Origin: Octopus bimaculoides
Taxonomy: Eukaryota
DNA: 34,319 nt
Assembly (NCBI RefSeq): GCF_001194135.2
Contig: NC_068991.1
Span: 57,670,858-57,705,176, forward strand
Direction: 5' to 3'
A program made the translations under genes and the position numbers. This document shows positions 21,275-32,362 of this stretch, piece by piece. The notes under the pieces were generated by a model, which searched no databases, had not been told where the DNA came from, and worked only from the letters and a program-made list of their open reading frames with translations. Numbering within the stretch: position 1 is the first letter of the stretch; every line of letters begins with the position of its first letter.

Positions 21275-22204
21275 AAGAAAACGCGAAGCTAAAACGAAAA
21301 GCTTCCCTATTTAGAAGGTTTGTGGGACGTGCATCATGTAGATCTTTTAACAAGTTAAAACTGTCTTATTTACTTCTGTGTTTTCATTACCATATATTGT
21401 AAGATAATGAATGAAGGAAAGGAAGAAAAAATAAGAGAAGAAAAAGAAAGAAATAACAAATATAAAAAAGAAAAAGATGAAGGAAAAAATAGACGTTTAT
21501 TTATTTATTACAAATACTATACAGAACAATAATAAAGCGTGATGGAAGTGACTGAAATGGCGTAGTTGATTAATGGCGACTATTCAGGTTCAACATGTGA
21601 TGTAAGTAGAAATATATATATATATATATATANNNNNNNNNNNNNNNNNNNNNNNNNNNNNNNNNNNNNNNNNNNNNNNNNNNNNNNNNNNNNNNNNNNN
21701 NNNNNNNNNNNNNNNNNNNNNNNNNNNNNNNNNNNNNNNNNNNNNNNNNNNNNNNNNNNNNNNNNNNNNNNNNNNNNNNNNNNNNNNNNNNNNNNNNNNN
21801 NNNNNNNNNNNNNNNNNNNNNNNNNNNNNNNNNNNNNNNNNNNNNNNNNNNNNNNNNNNNNNNNNNNNNNNNNNNNNNNNNNNNNNNNNNNNNNNNNNNN
21901 NNNNNNNNNNNNNNNNNNNNNNNNNNNNNNNNNNNNNNNNNNNNNNNNNNNNNNNNNNNNNNNNNNNNNNNNNNNNNNNNNNNNNNNNNNNNNNNNNNNN
22001 NNNNNNNNNNNNNNNNNNNNNNNNNNNNNNNNNNNNNNNNNNNNNNNNNNNNNNNNNNNNNNNNNNNNNNNNNNNNNNNNNNNNNNNNNNNNNNNNNNNN
22101 NNNNNNNNNNNNNNNNNNNNNNNNNNTATATATATATATATATATATATATATCTGTATGTGTGTATGCTTAGACTCGCTCACACATAAATATGTTTTCT
22201 GAGT

Positions 22205-22233
22205 GTGTTAATGTGTGCATGTTTGAGTGTGTG

Positions 22234-22281
<48 letters not shown>

Positions 22282-22350
22282 GTGTGTGTGTATGTGTGTG
22301 TATTTGTGTGTGTAATTGCATGTGTATACATCCGTGTGCGTGTATCTGTG
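22205..22350. repeat. (TG)n microsatellite
   Basis: Directly visible. Confidence 0.93.
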
Positions 22351-23014
22351 TAGGTGAGATGATTTATTTGAGTGCTCATGTTTTTCGAAAAATTTCCGTG
22401 GTATGTTTATTGCGTGTTTGTGTATATCTATTTAAAATATAGGATAGTCCGTCTATTTTGTACTGCAGTGAGTTTACTAGAATAAACATCACAAATAAGA
22501 AATCAACGAGACCGTTTGTTAGACATTTTCAGAGTACCAAGTAGACGTTCTGATTTTCAGTTCAATTTAATCTTGGATCGGTACGCTTTCTAGGTACACA
22601 CCTGTTGTTGAGATATGAAGCGTAGGAAATTTATTTTGTGTGTGTGCTTATGTGTGTGCGTGTGTGCATGCCTGGGTGTGAGCATATGTATGTACATGTG
22701 TCACTAAACATTATCTATATACGGAATTTTATGTATATATAACATAAATACATACATAACCTTATGCGAGTACTTGTGTGTGTGAAAGACTATATATATA
22801 TAGATATATATATAATGGAATAGTTACTATGAAGCATTGTGTAGGATATATCGTATAAAGGATTGTGGGTAAGGCTAAAACAATGTGAACTAAATACAAG
22901 GTAAATCAGAAGAAAACAAATATGTGATTTAATGTACACTTACCTTGTATGCAATATTTTGGGATCATGACCCCGTTTTCAAGATTGACGAATGTTGCCA
23001 ATGTGCGTATGCAC

Positions 23015-23170
23015 ATAGCGGAACGAATCGACCCCGGGACTTCTTTTCTAAAGCCTGATATAAACTTATCAGCTTCTTTTGTCGAACCGCTAAGTTTTGG
23101 GGCCGTAACCAAACTGACGCTAGAGTCAAGCTGTAGGGGGAACAAAACGGTCACAAAGACACACACACGA
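23015..23170 (-). mobile_element. SINE family B, 3' half
   Basis: Reverse complement reads TTACGGCCCCAAAACTTAGCGGTTCGACAAAAGA...GTCCCGGGGTCGATTCG, aligning to the other family B copies. Confidence 0.8.
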
Positions 23171-24236
23171 ATGTGCAGACACGGATTTCCCCCCACATAT
23201 GTATGTATATATATATATATNNNNNNNNNNNNNNNNNNNNNNNNNNNNNNNNNNNNNNNNNNNNNNNNNNNNNNNNNNNNNNNNNNNNNNNNNNNNNNNN
23301 NNNNNNNNNNNNNNNNNNNNNNNNNNNNNNNNNNNNNNNNNNNNNNNNNNNNNNNNNNNNNNNNNNNNNNNNNNNNNNNNNNNNNNNNNNNNNNNNNNNN
23401 NNNNNNNNNNNNNNNNNNNNNNNNNNNNNNNNNNNNNNNNNNNNNNNNNNNNNNNNNNNNNNNNNNNNNNNNNNNNNNNNNNNNNNNNNNNNNNNNNNNN
23501 NNNNNNNNNNNNNNNNNNNNNNNNNNNNNNNNNNNNNNNNNNNNNNNNNNNNNNNNNNNNNNNNNNNNNNNNNNNNNNNNATATATATATTATATATACA
23601 TATATACATGCATATATATTTACATACACACTATTACTACAGACTATATTGAAGAATATTTACACAAACCTTTACCGCAAGAATTTCCTTTCCTTCAAAT
23701 CTCCCACTACAATCCACAAGAAGTGACCAACATAGTAGTCTACTACAATCTTTTGGCTGCCATAACAGTTCCATCTCTCTGTCCCTGACTCTCATTGCTT
23801 CAGTCCCTATCTGCTGACTGGTACTTTCTCACCATAGGCTCTCTCTTTCTCAGCCTCTCTGTTCATCTTGCTGACCGCTGCTGTCCTATACTCGTTCTTC
23901 ATCCAACTCCGTCAACCAACTGCTCTAAGCCAACTATCGCTCCCGTATTTATGAGAGATACCGTACGCAGCAGACCTACGTTAACCCCCCCCCCCCCNNN
24001 NNNNNNNCCCACTCCACAGCTGGGTCAGTTTAGTACAGTTCCTTAACTTGTTTTTCTGAACTTTTGGTGACCGGAAAGGGTCACCGATCACCCCTACGCT
24101 AAAAATAACTGTACTTGTTCACAGGACAAAGGAAATACCGTTATCCTCAACAATCAGAATACGGTTTCAAACCCAGCTCGGGAGATAGGGATATAACATT
24201 AATTTGTTTTTCGGTGGTCGCATCAATATATATATA

Positions 24237-24432
24237 TTGGGTCATCACATAAATAATGCAGCTTTTTGAATTGCTTGAACTAAAAGTCGGAGTGGTAAGG
24301 GATAAACAACCTGCATCAACTTGCTATAAAAGCAGGTAGCAAATTAATTTTGTACTTATTCTTAGTTCAAGTTTTGAAGAGCGCAGTTCGGTTTTAACAG
24401 TTATTATTTCAAAGCTATACTGGAAGTGTCAC
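24237..24432 (+). mobile_element. Probable 5' arm of a mariner-type element, truncated near its start codon
   Basis: TA|TTGGGTCATCACATAAATAATGC lies in a TA run, followed by a TATAAAA box and TTATTTCAAAGCTATACTGGAAGTG. It resembles, from memory, the left arm of an octopus mariner. No transposase or right TIR present. Confidence 0.45.
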
Positions 24433-24433
24433 A

Positions 24434-24520
24434 TGGGAAAAAATTTTCCTAAATGAGCTCCGGAACTCACGTTGGAAAATTGTTTTCCTAAATGGGGTCC
24501 GGAACTCACGTGGGAAACTT
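24434..24520. repeat. 39-bp tandem direct repeat (two copies plus a partial third)
   Basis: 24434-24472 TGGGAAAAAATTTTCCTAAATGAGCTCCGGAACTCACGT vs 24473-24511 TGGAAAATTGTTTTCCTAAATGGGGTCCGGAACTCACGT. Probably subterminal repeats of a DNA transposon. Confidence 0.85.
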
Positions 24521-24799
24521 TTTTATTAAATCTCTCACATGGACAGCTAGTTGGATAAATGCACTATGGATCGTAAGCAGAGATCGTTTGCGGCACTGTC
24601 ATGTATTGCAGGGAACATTCGACGGAATGTATGGAAAATTGAAATGAAATTGAATGAGGGAAGGATAAAAAAAGTACAAATATTAAATTGAAAGAAAACG
24701 TACAGAAATTAACAAGTATTTGAGAGGAGTAATTATATCGGATAAAATGTCTCTATTGTTATTATTGAGATCTTGTACGATCATTTGCATAATTATTAG

Positions 24800-25351
24800 C
24801 CTGTCTAGGCAGGTAAAGAGGCAAAATATGCCTATCGCTGTCTTGTATGTCAGAAAAGACTGATAGCGTTAATGATGAGTCTCTTCAATACGCTCGGCTC
24901 ATAGGCGAACGGCGTTCTGGGACAGCGATATTTCGACATGTGTCGAAATGTGAGAACTTATTCTCTTATGATTCTCTTATGACATATACTACACATTTTC
25001 CGTCTGAAACTCTCCAGATGTATTAAGAATAAATACGCGAATTATCGTGCCGAGTGACGTCGTACACAAGGCAAATAGAAAGAACTTTTGTCGGTTGGCA
25101 GATATAAGCACGGATCAGAAAATTCTTTTGTCGGTGAAAGTATAAACAAAGCCAGCGGCTACGTTCAAGCTTAAAGTTCTGGCTGCATCTGGCTGACGAG
25201 TCGCTGCATATAGAAATACCGATGTCTCAGAATGTCGTTCGCCAATTAGCCATGTGTGTTGAATACGCTGTCATCGAAAAAAGGGAGATGTTTTCTTATG
25301 ACGTGACCTACACTACCAAGTATATTTTCAGCCTGTACCTGCCTAGACATG
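24800..25351. mobile_element. piggyBac-type MITE (552 bp)
   Basis: 16-bp TIRs with one mismatch: CCTGTCTAGGCAGGTA (24800-15) and TACCTGCCTAGACATG (25336-51). Flanked by TTAG (24796-99) and TTAA (25352-55). Imperfect symmetry continues inward (AAAATATG / TATATTTT). No ORF. Confidence 0.75.
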
Positions 25352-25705
25352 TTAAGAATAAATAGGGAAATAATCGTAATTATTTCTTTTTGCTTAGTTC
25401 TCAAAACTTTGAAGTAGGATATGTTTAATTACATTTCATCTTTAGCACTTTTATTTCACCATTTTGAAATTGATTGCTAAAATAAGTTTTAAGGCTAACC
25501 AGAGGAATATTTAAATAAATGATGTACCAAAAATAAGTACATCTTTCATGATGACGTCATTTCGCCCATTTCTCCCGAAGACGTCATTTTCCTCATTATC
25601 CCTTTTATAAACATATCTATACATGCTTATTATTAATAGTTCCGGTCAAGTTTTGGAGTTGATGGTATTGATTAATCTTCTTATCAGAGAAGTGGAAGCC
25701 TTGTA

Positions 25706-26203
25706 CAGTAATCCCTTGACTATCGCAGGTGTTACGTTGCAAAACCTCCCCCAATAGTTGAGAATCCGTGAAGTAGAAACAGTACTGTACTGTATATATT
25801 TTAATCATTTTTATAATTTGTATATATTTTTTTTATTATAAATGCAAAACAATACCACATACTCGCCTCTCGAGTTTCGTTTTCAATACAGTATGTGCGA
25901 TTCTTTGTTTACTCATCTGCCGTACACTACATATTTCCTTTAAATATATTTTAATTAATGTGTTATATAGTGCAGTACTGTATTCTATTTTTATTTATTA
26001 ATTTATTAATTTTCAAGCGTTAAAATGCTTATTTTACCACAGAAATAATCAACTTCTAAAAAAAAAAAAATAAATATCTATCGGTCGCAGAAACCCGCAA
26101 TATACTGAGAAACCTGCGATATAAATATACATATATTAGCCAGAAAAATCCGCGATGTACTGAGTGCGTGGTAGGTGAACCGCGATATGGCAGGGGATGG
26201 CTC
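25706..26203. mobile_element. pogo/Tigger-type MITE (~500 bp)
   Basis: Left end TA|CAGTAATCCCTTGACTATCGC; right end CGCGATATGGCAGGGGATGGCTC|TA (diverged TIR). Internal repeats of CCGCGAT/CCGCAAT/CTGCGAT are typical of Tigger-like subtermini. AT-rich noncoding centre. Confidence 0.7.
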
Positions 26204-26581
26204 TATATAAATTAGAATCGTTAGAAACACCATAAAATTCCCCACCTTTTTTGTTTTGGTATTTCTTCTCGTTCTTGAAGTTCTGAGTTGAAATAACTAT
26301 CAGCAGTCACAGTTATTTTTTCTCCCGTTGCTTCATTTGTTGGCAGTTCCGGTTTCCATTTCTTTAAAATTCTTCACACATCTGTACACATTACATTTCT
26401 TTTGTGAATGAGATCATATCCAAAAATATGTATGCCAACAACTGCAACCCGGAGGTTTGCACCTCTCATTCTTTAAGAACTCAATGAGGAACCCGTGTAT
26501 CTGCATCAAAATCATTATATATCTATAGTGAAGAACTGGGACAGGAGTTAATATAGAAGAAAAATTACCCTACCAATAACA

Positions 26582-26870
26582 GACATTCCGTCGGTTACTG
26601 CAATGAGGGATCCACTTCATCACATAAAAAGCTTGATCGTCACATGCGTACCCTACCCTTAAAGTGGTTCTAAAGGAGATTCTGTGGGACAGAGAACGTA
26701 TCAAGACTGACCTTTTGAAATATAGGTATTGCTCATTTTTGCCAGCTGAGCAGACTGGACCAATGTGAAATAAAGTGTCTTGCTCAAGAACTCGACGCAT
26801 CGTCAGAAATCGAACACACGACCTGAAGATGGTTAGCCGAATGCACTAACCGGTAAGGCACACGCCTTCA
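26582..26870 (-). mobile_element. tRNA-headed SINE, family C, diverged copy
   Basis: Reverse complement: TGAAGGCGTGTGCC..GGTTAG...GTGTTCGATTTC...TTGAGCAAGACACTTTATTTCAC...CAGCTGGCAAAAATGAG...GTAACCGACGGAATGTC. The head and tail align with 27557-27933. Confidence 0.75.
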
Positions 26871-27005
26871 CTATTCCACCAATATGTATAGTATGAAACA
26901 CTCACGTCAGTTATAAAAGAACCTGTCATCTTTTACATTACTTTCGCGAGAAACCTTCGTTGTGTGTATGTAGATCGACTGAAGATAGAGTTGTGTATAT
27001 ACATG

Positions 27006-27050
<45 letters not shown>

Positions 27051-27556
27051 ATGTTTATATATATATAGACATATATAACGATAGCTATGTGCGTATTTAT
27101 GCACTTTAATGCAGTATAACACTCCAAATCTCATGTGTAAACGAAATGCCATGGCCTTTGTAATAAGACAGCAGCAATCATAAATTCTCTTGATATTAAA
27201 GAAATATATCGAAAATGAATTTAATTTCATCAAATGTTAAGTGATATTAGAGACACAGCTACTTAATCAATAATATTTATATATGCATGTTAAATTAGAG
27301 ATTTCAACATTTACACTTACCGTATTTCAGATTCATCGATTTCACGAAAACTCTGTTAAAGAAAACAAGAACATTTAGTGTTTGAACTGCATTAGAATTT
27401 CAATGCCGTAAAGAAATAGTCTCTTATATTACATTCAATTTTGAAGAATACGGATGGTATGTAGAGAAAAAGGGAAAGACAGGCAGAGAAAGGAAGAGAG
27501 AAGGAGAGAGATAGTGAGAGAGCACAAAGGGAATTCTTAGTGAATGTATATGTGAT

Positions 27557-27933
27557 GGCACTCCGTCGCTTACGACGACGAGGGTTCCAGTTGATCCGAT
27601 CAACGGAACAGCCTGTTCGTGAAATTAACGTTCAAGTGGCTGAGCACTCCACAGACACGCGTACTCTTAACGTAGTTCTCGAGGAGATTCAGCGTGGCAC
27701 AGTGTGACAAGGCTGGCCCTTTGAAATACAGGTACAACAGAAACAGGAAGCAAGTGTGAGAGAAAGTTGTGGTGAAAGAGTACAGCAGGGTTCGCCACCA
27801 TCCCCTGCCGGAGCCTCGTGGAACTTTAGGCGTTTTCGCTCAATAAAGACTCACAACGCCCGGTCTTGGAATCGAAACCGCCATCTTATGACCGCGAGCC
27901 CGCTGCCCTAACCAACGGGCTATTGCGCCTCCA
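27557..27933 (-). mobile_element. tRNA-headed SINE, family C, full length
   Basis: Reverse complement starts TGGAGGCGCAATAGCCCGTTGGTTAGGG (A-box-like) with GGTTTCGATTCC (B-box-like) and ends GGAACCCTCGTCGTCGTAAGCGACGGAGTGCC. GC-rich and collinear with the 26582 copy at both ends. Confidence 0.85.
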
Positions 27934-28096
27934 CTGTATGTATATGTAATGTGTGAGAATGTAACGATGTCGATCTGTCCGAGGAAACAGAGGTGGAAAA
28001 CATACATTGCAAGTGTAGCTAGGACAAGTTTTGAGTGAGTATTCTAGGTTAAAAGTTACTTAACCGACACACAAGAAAGCGTTGCAATATAACTAT

Positions 28097-28185
28097 AGGC
28101 GCAGGAGTGGTTGTGTGGTAAGTAGCTTGCTTACCAACCACATGGTTCCGGGTTCAGTTCCACTGCGTGGTGCCTTGAGTAAGTG
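28097..28185 (+). mobile_element. SINE family B head only (3'-truncated)
   Basis: AGGCGCAGGAGTGGTTGTGTGGTAAG...CCAACCACATGGTTCCGGGTTCAGTTCCACTGCGTGG aligns to 32363-32450, then stops abruptly. Confidence 0.88.
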
Positions 28186-28582
28186 CCCAGTCATTCTCTT
28201 ACGCAAGTTAAACGCACCCACACTATGCAATTGAACTCGCCTTGTGGTCAAGCAAATGATGGACCACGTCACTGAAGTCCCAATTATCATGAGACACGGC
28301 AAAAGTGATACTGTTTTTATTCGGAAAATTCCTCTAACTCCAACACAGTTCCCCTCCTAGCGTATGCGGAGACTTCAGTTCTCTCTGAAACTCAGCTTTC
28401 CCATGGCAATTACCAAAGCACGTGGTCAATTGTGAAAAGTAGACGGAGTGGACCTTGGAACGTCATGCTTTTCACAAGGACAATTCTATGTCGGTTGTTC
28501 CGGAGCTGGCCATCAAGACAGCTTAATCATCTATGCTGCTGAAGGAAAAACCAAAAATGTGTAAAAAGCAGCCTTAGAGTAA
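28184..28582 (+). mobile_element. Decayed Helitron RepHel C-terminus (PIF1-like SF1 helicase motifs)
   Basis: Reads CPVILLRKLNAPTLCN*TRLVVKQMMDHVTEVPI...VFIRKIPLTPTQFPS*RMRRLQFSLKLSFPMAITKARGQL*KVDGVDLGTSCFSQGQFYVGCSR, then after a frameshift LIIYAAEGKTKNV*. This matches the family pattern LLRNL...LCNGTRL / VFIPRI / RLQFP.RLAFAMTINKAQGQ / CFSHGQLYVA.SR / KTKNIVY. Stops at 28232, 28358, 28433. Confidence 0.92.
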
Positions 28583-29141
28583 TTACTCTTCTACTGCAAT
28601 CTTCACATCAACACCAAACTGTAGCCGTAAGCAGTCAGACTTCCTACAAACATTTCATTTTATATTTTGATTCATTTCCGTGATTGCTTTTAACATTAAC
28701 AGTACATTACTTTCAACGACCCTTCTTACATCACGCACGCTGTTCGCTCATAAGCGTGTTCTGACATTTATTTTTGTACGTGTCATTATACTATTTGTGT
28801 GTTTGCTATAAATGTTTGCCTTTGTTCATCATACATGACTTTCATTGAAAAAAAGCTTCAATATGGTTGTGTCAGTAAAATAACTACATGCCACAAAACG
28901 CTTTAGATATGATATAGGATCCCTAATGAAATGCGATCTCATTTCATGGACTCTCATTTGTTACTACCTCCCAAATTGGTGTTCAAAAAACTTTATTCAT
29001 TGCCTAAGTTGCTTAGTACCATATCATAAATGGCTAATAAAATTGGTAATTATACATGTTATGCCTACTAACTTAAAACGACTTCTAACCTCGGAATAAT
29101 TCAACTTAAACCGTCGAAAGGAGTGCGACAATATAATAAAT

Positions 29142-29376
29142 GGATCTTTTCCTTTTGGCCGGCACATAGAAAAAATAATTTTTTGTAACTAAACACTTTC
29201 AAATTTCGTATACTGGTAGAATGTGTCATTTAAAGCATCATTTACTCTTGGCGTGTTTATGAAAATTCTTTAATTTCGGAGTTATTTCGTGTTAAAGTTG
29301 TATTTCGGTAATTTCAACCAATAAATGACGTATATTGAGGTGAAAACAATTACTGCTGTGGTTTGTCAACAAAACG
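29142..29376 (+). mobile_element. Possible left arm of a non-autonomous DNA transposon
   Basis: Begins GGATCTTTTCC and contains CGTATACTGGTAGAATGTGT and ATTTCAACCAAT..TGACGT.TATTGAGGT, which I recall from a common octopus repeat (not searched). No partner TIR in the window. Confidence 0.4.
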
Positions 29377-29473
29377 TTTTGGTTTCAAATGTTGGTACAT
29401 GGTCAGCAATTTCATGTGTGTGTGTGCGCGCGCGCGCATGTGTATGTGTGTGTGTGCAAGAAGAGCGTGTGTG

Positions 29474-29641
29474 TTAAGTCGATTATATTGACTCCAGTAT
29501 TTAACCAGTAAATATTTTATCGAACCCGTGCAGATTAAACGCAAAGTCGACCTTGGCTGAATTTGATATCAGAACGTAAGGACGGACGAAATGCCGATAA
29601 TTATTTTATCCGGCGTTCTAACGATTCTGCTAGCTCACTGC
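29474..29641 (-). mobile_element. SINE family A copy
   Basis: Reverse complement: GTGAGCTAGCAGAATCGTTAG...CATTTCGTCCGTCCTTACGTTCTGA...GGTCGACTTTGC...ATCGACTTAA. Confidence 0.85.
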
Positions 29642-29660
29642 ATTCTAGACATTGAATACT

Positions 29661-29933
29661 GGTTTCAAATTTTGACACAAAGCCAGCAAGTTTGGGAGTG
29701 GGTGGGGGTAAGTTAATTACATCGACCCCCGACGAAATTCCACTAAGCATTTTGCTCGGCGCGATAACGATTCTTATTTCGTTATTGCCTACAAGGGGCT
29801 ACACAGGGAGGGGACAAACAAGGACAGACAAAGGGATTAAGTCGATTATATCGACCCCAGTGCCTAACTGGTACTTATTTAATCGACCCCGAAAGGATGA
29901 GAGGCAAAGTCGACCTCGTTTCTGCCAGCTCAC
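29661..29933 (-). mobile_element. Two internally deleted SINE family A copies in tandem
   Basis: Minus strand: head GTGAGCTGGCAGAAA joined to CGAGGTCGACTTTGCC...GGGGTCGAT...; then AGAATCGTTA...AAAATGCTTAG...ATTTCGTC joined to GGGGTCGATGTAAT...CAAAATTTGAAACC. Confidence 0.75.
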
Positions 29934-31003
29934 TTCTCAAACTAAACATTAAATATTGAATTTATTATATATCTGGGAAAATATTCTGAAGGCACAGCAA
30001 GAAAAATTGTTTAATATTTTTTCTTTACTTACATCGTGCCAAGGAAATTTGGAGGCAAATGTAGCGAAAGAGACTACAGAGAAAGAGGAAGAACGGATAT
30101 ACAAATTCAAAAGATATCAACTATCAGAAAGATTTAAGAATTGAATATCATAAGACGAGAGGAAAACATGATGATGGTGGTAAGTTCCAGCCGTTCAAAA
30201 ATAACGCCGTTAGAATAAAATGACTTATGATTAACAGGAAGCAAAACAAAGAAACAATGTGCCAGGTGGAAGAACCGCGTGACACATGCAAAGGTCTTGA
30301 CAGAAGGTACTATATTAGAACGTTCATCAAAGCATTTACTCAAATGCTCGTTTTCTAGAATTACCGTAATTTCAAGTATTATTGGTTTGGATATATTCAT
30401 ATATTCTCGACAAACTTTCTCTGGTATTGAGTTTGTTGTTGAAAATTGGTATTAAAAACCAGTAATTTTAGTATTATTAAACTCCAACTTTAATGTAACA
30501 ATACAATAGAATTGTGTGAATAATTTGCTTCATTCCATCCATATTTTATTGGCAATCTGTAGTCGTCTTCTTTCATACAGTGTAGTTGACTGTGAATGTA
30601 AAAATGATGGCGTCATTTAAATCGCCCTCTAGTTAATACAGGTAAATTGATGAATAATCGCTCTAGCAACATCTGCAATAGAAAACAGTAAGTTAGAAAT
30701 TTATCTTTATGGCAGAATGGTTTGTTTTATTTATACGTAAAAGTCCCTCTAGGTGAAAATGTTGATGTTTGTAACAGGAGCAAGGTGTTTTCCATGTGTA
30801 AGCTGAGGAATATCATATGTATATTAACATCTAAATATTCGAAAAAATTTGAATTTGTGAAAACAGCCAACTATTGTACGTCGCCCAAAAGATATTTGCA
30901 AGACGTTTGTTTTTGTGAGACAAGAAAATAAATGCTTTATTTGGAAGACGAATACACAGATTATAGTGTCAGTCATTTTGTATTAACATTAATTCATATA
31001 TTT

Positions 31004-31207
31004 AAGGCGGCGAGCTGGCAGAATCGTTAGTACGCTGGACAAAATGCTTAGCGTTATTTGTTACGTTCTGAGTTCAAATTCTGCCGAGTTTGACTTTCCC
31101 TTTCATCCTTCCGGTGTCGATAAGTATCAGTGAAACACTGGGGCCAATGTAATCGACTCATCCCCTCCACCAAAATGTTTGCCCATGTGGCAAAATTTGT
31201 AACCATT
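31004..31207 (+). mobile_element. SINE family A, near full length
   Basis: AAGGCGGCGAGCTGGCAGAATCGTTAG...AAAATGCTTAGC...TTACGTTCTGAGTTCAAATT...GTAATCGACT...CAAAATTTG. Confidence 0.88.
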
Positions 31208-31675
31208 ATATATNNNNNNNNNNNNNNNNNNNNNNNNNNNNNNNNNNNNNNNNNNNNNNNNNNNNNNNNNNNNNNNNNNNNNNNNNNNNNNNNNNNNNNN
31301 NNNNNNNNNNNNNNNNNNNNNNNNNNNNNNNNNNNNNNNNNNNNNNNNNNNNNNNNNNNNNNNNNNNNNNNNNNNNNNNNNNNNNNNNNNNNNNNNNNNN
31401 NNNNNNNNNNNNNNNNNNNNNNNNNNNNNNNNNNNNNNNNNNNNNNNNNNNNNNNNNNNNNNNNNNNNNNNNNNNNNNNNNNNNNNNNNNNNNNNNNNNN
31501 NNNNNNNNNNNNNNNNNNNNNNNNNNNNNNNNNNNNNNNNNNNNNNNNNNNNNNNNNNNNNNNNNNNNNNNNNNNNNNNNNNNNNNNNNNNNNNNNNNNN
31601 NNNNNNNNNNNNNNNNNNNNNNNNNNNNNNNNNNNNNNNNNNNNNNNNNNNNNNNNNNNNNNNNNNNNNNNNNNN

Positions 31676-31716
<41 letters not shown>

Positions 31717-31719
31717 TAA

Positions 31720-31915
31720 AGCGGCGTGCTGGCAGAATCATTAGCACGCTGGACGAAATGCTTAGCGGTATTCCACCCGTCGCTACGTTCTGAGTTCAAA
31801 TTCCGCTGAGATCAACTTTACTTTTCATGCTTTCAGGGTCGACAAAACAGGTACTAGTTGTGAACTAGAGTCGATGTAATCGACTATCTTCTCTCCCAAA
31901 TTTCAGGTTTTGTAC
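31720..31915 (+). mobile_element. SINE family A, near full length
   Basis: Collinear with 31004-31207 but with many substitutions, so a separate copy and not assembly redundancy. Confidence 0.88.
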
Positions 31916-32362
31916 TGATTACTATTTCAAATATTTCTCTCTTCCATATTGGCGAAGAAATAAATTCCAGAGTTCGTTTAGCAGTTCTGTCGTAGTGTAT
32001 TCCCACACTGTCCATTCTTCCTATTTCTTTAGAAGAAAAATATTCAAATAAGTGCATTCCAGCATAATTATATATCTAATAGTTGCTTTTATCAATATCC
32101 GTACGGATGGAATACAAATTTGACTTGCTTTATCCAACATCTATATTTCTCTCAACCCGTCATCTTAGGCTCAATAATGAATGCCTCAATTTTACCGATG
32201 TCAAACATTTAAAACTGTCTGCATTTCATATTGTTTACACACACACAAACAAAAATACAAAGAATTACATGATGTTAGTGCGACAACAGTTCAGAGATGT
32301 TAATATCGTTGCTCACCTCAGTTATGTCCCAGGTGAGCTAAATCAGCTTATTCTATATATGT

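Noticed and set aside
25194-25240. CTGACGAG...GAAAT inside the piggyBac-type MITE
   Set aside because: No G-C pair closes stem II, the triplet is not NUH, and stem I pairing is poor.
26823-26842. CTGAAGA-TGG-TTAG-CC-GAAT hammerhead-like motif
   Set aside because: It is the antisense of a SINE tRNA head, has GAAT instead of GAAA, and lacks stems I and III.
27860-27933. tRNA gene calls for the SINE heads (also 28097, 31004, 32363)
   Set aside because: A/B-box-like motifs are present but there is no complete cloverleaf, and each continues into a shared SINE body.
30040-30340. Purine-rich stretch with a GTG|GTAAGT donor (30178) and a peptide RWKNRVTHAKVL faintly like an RTE-type RT C-terminus
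   Set aside because: No convincing acceptor in an open frame, and the similarity is only a few residues. Cannot be called an exon or a LINE without a search.
3074-31799. Long ORFs of 130-400 aa in the supplied track that consist mostly of X
   Set aside because: They are read-through of N gaps bordered by (TA)n/(CA)n and carry no information.
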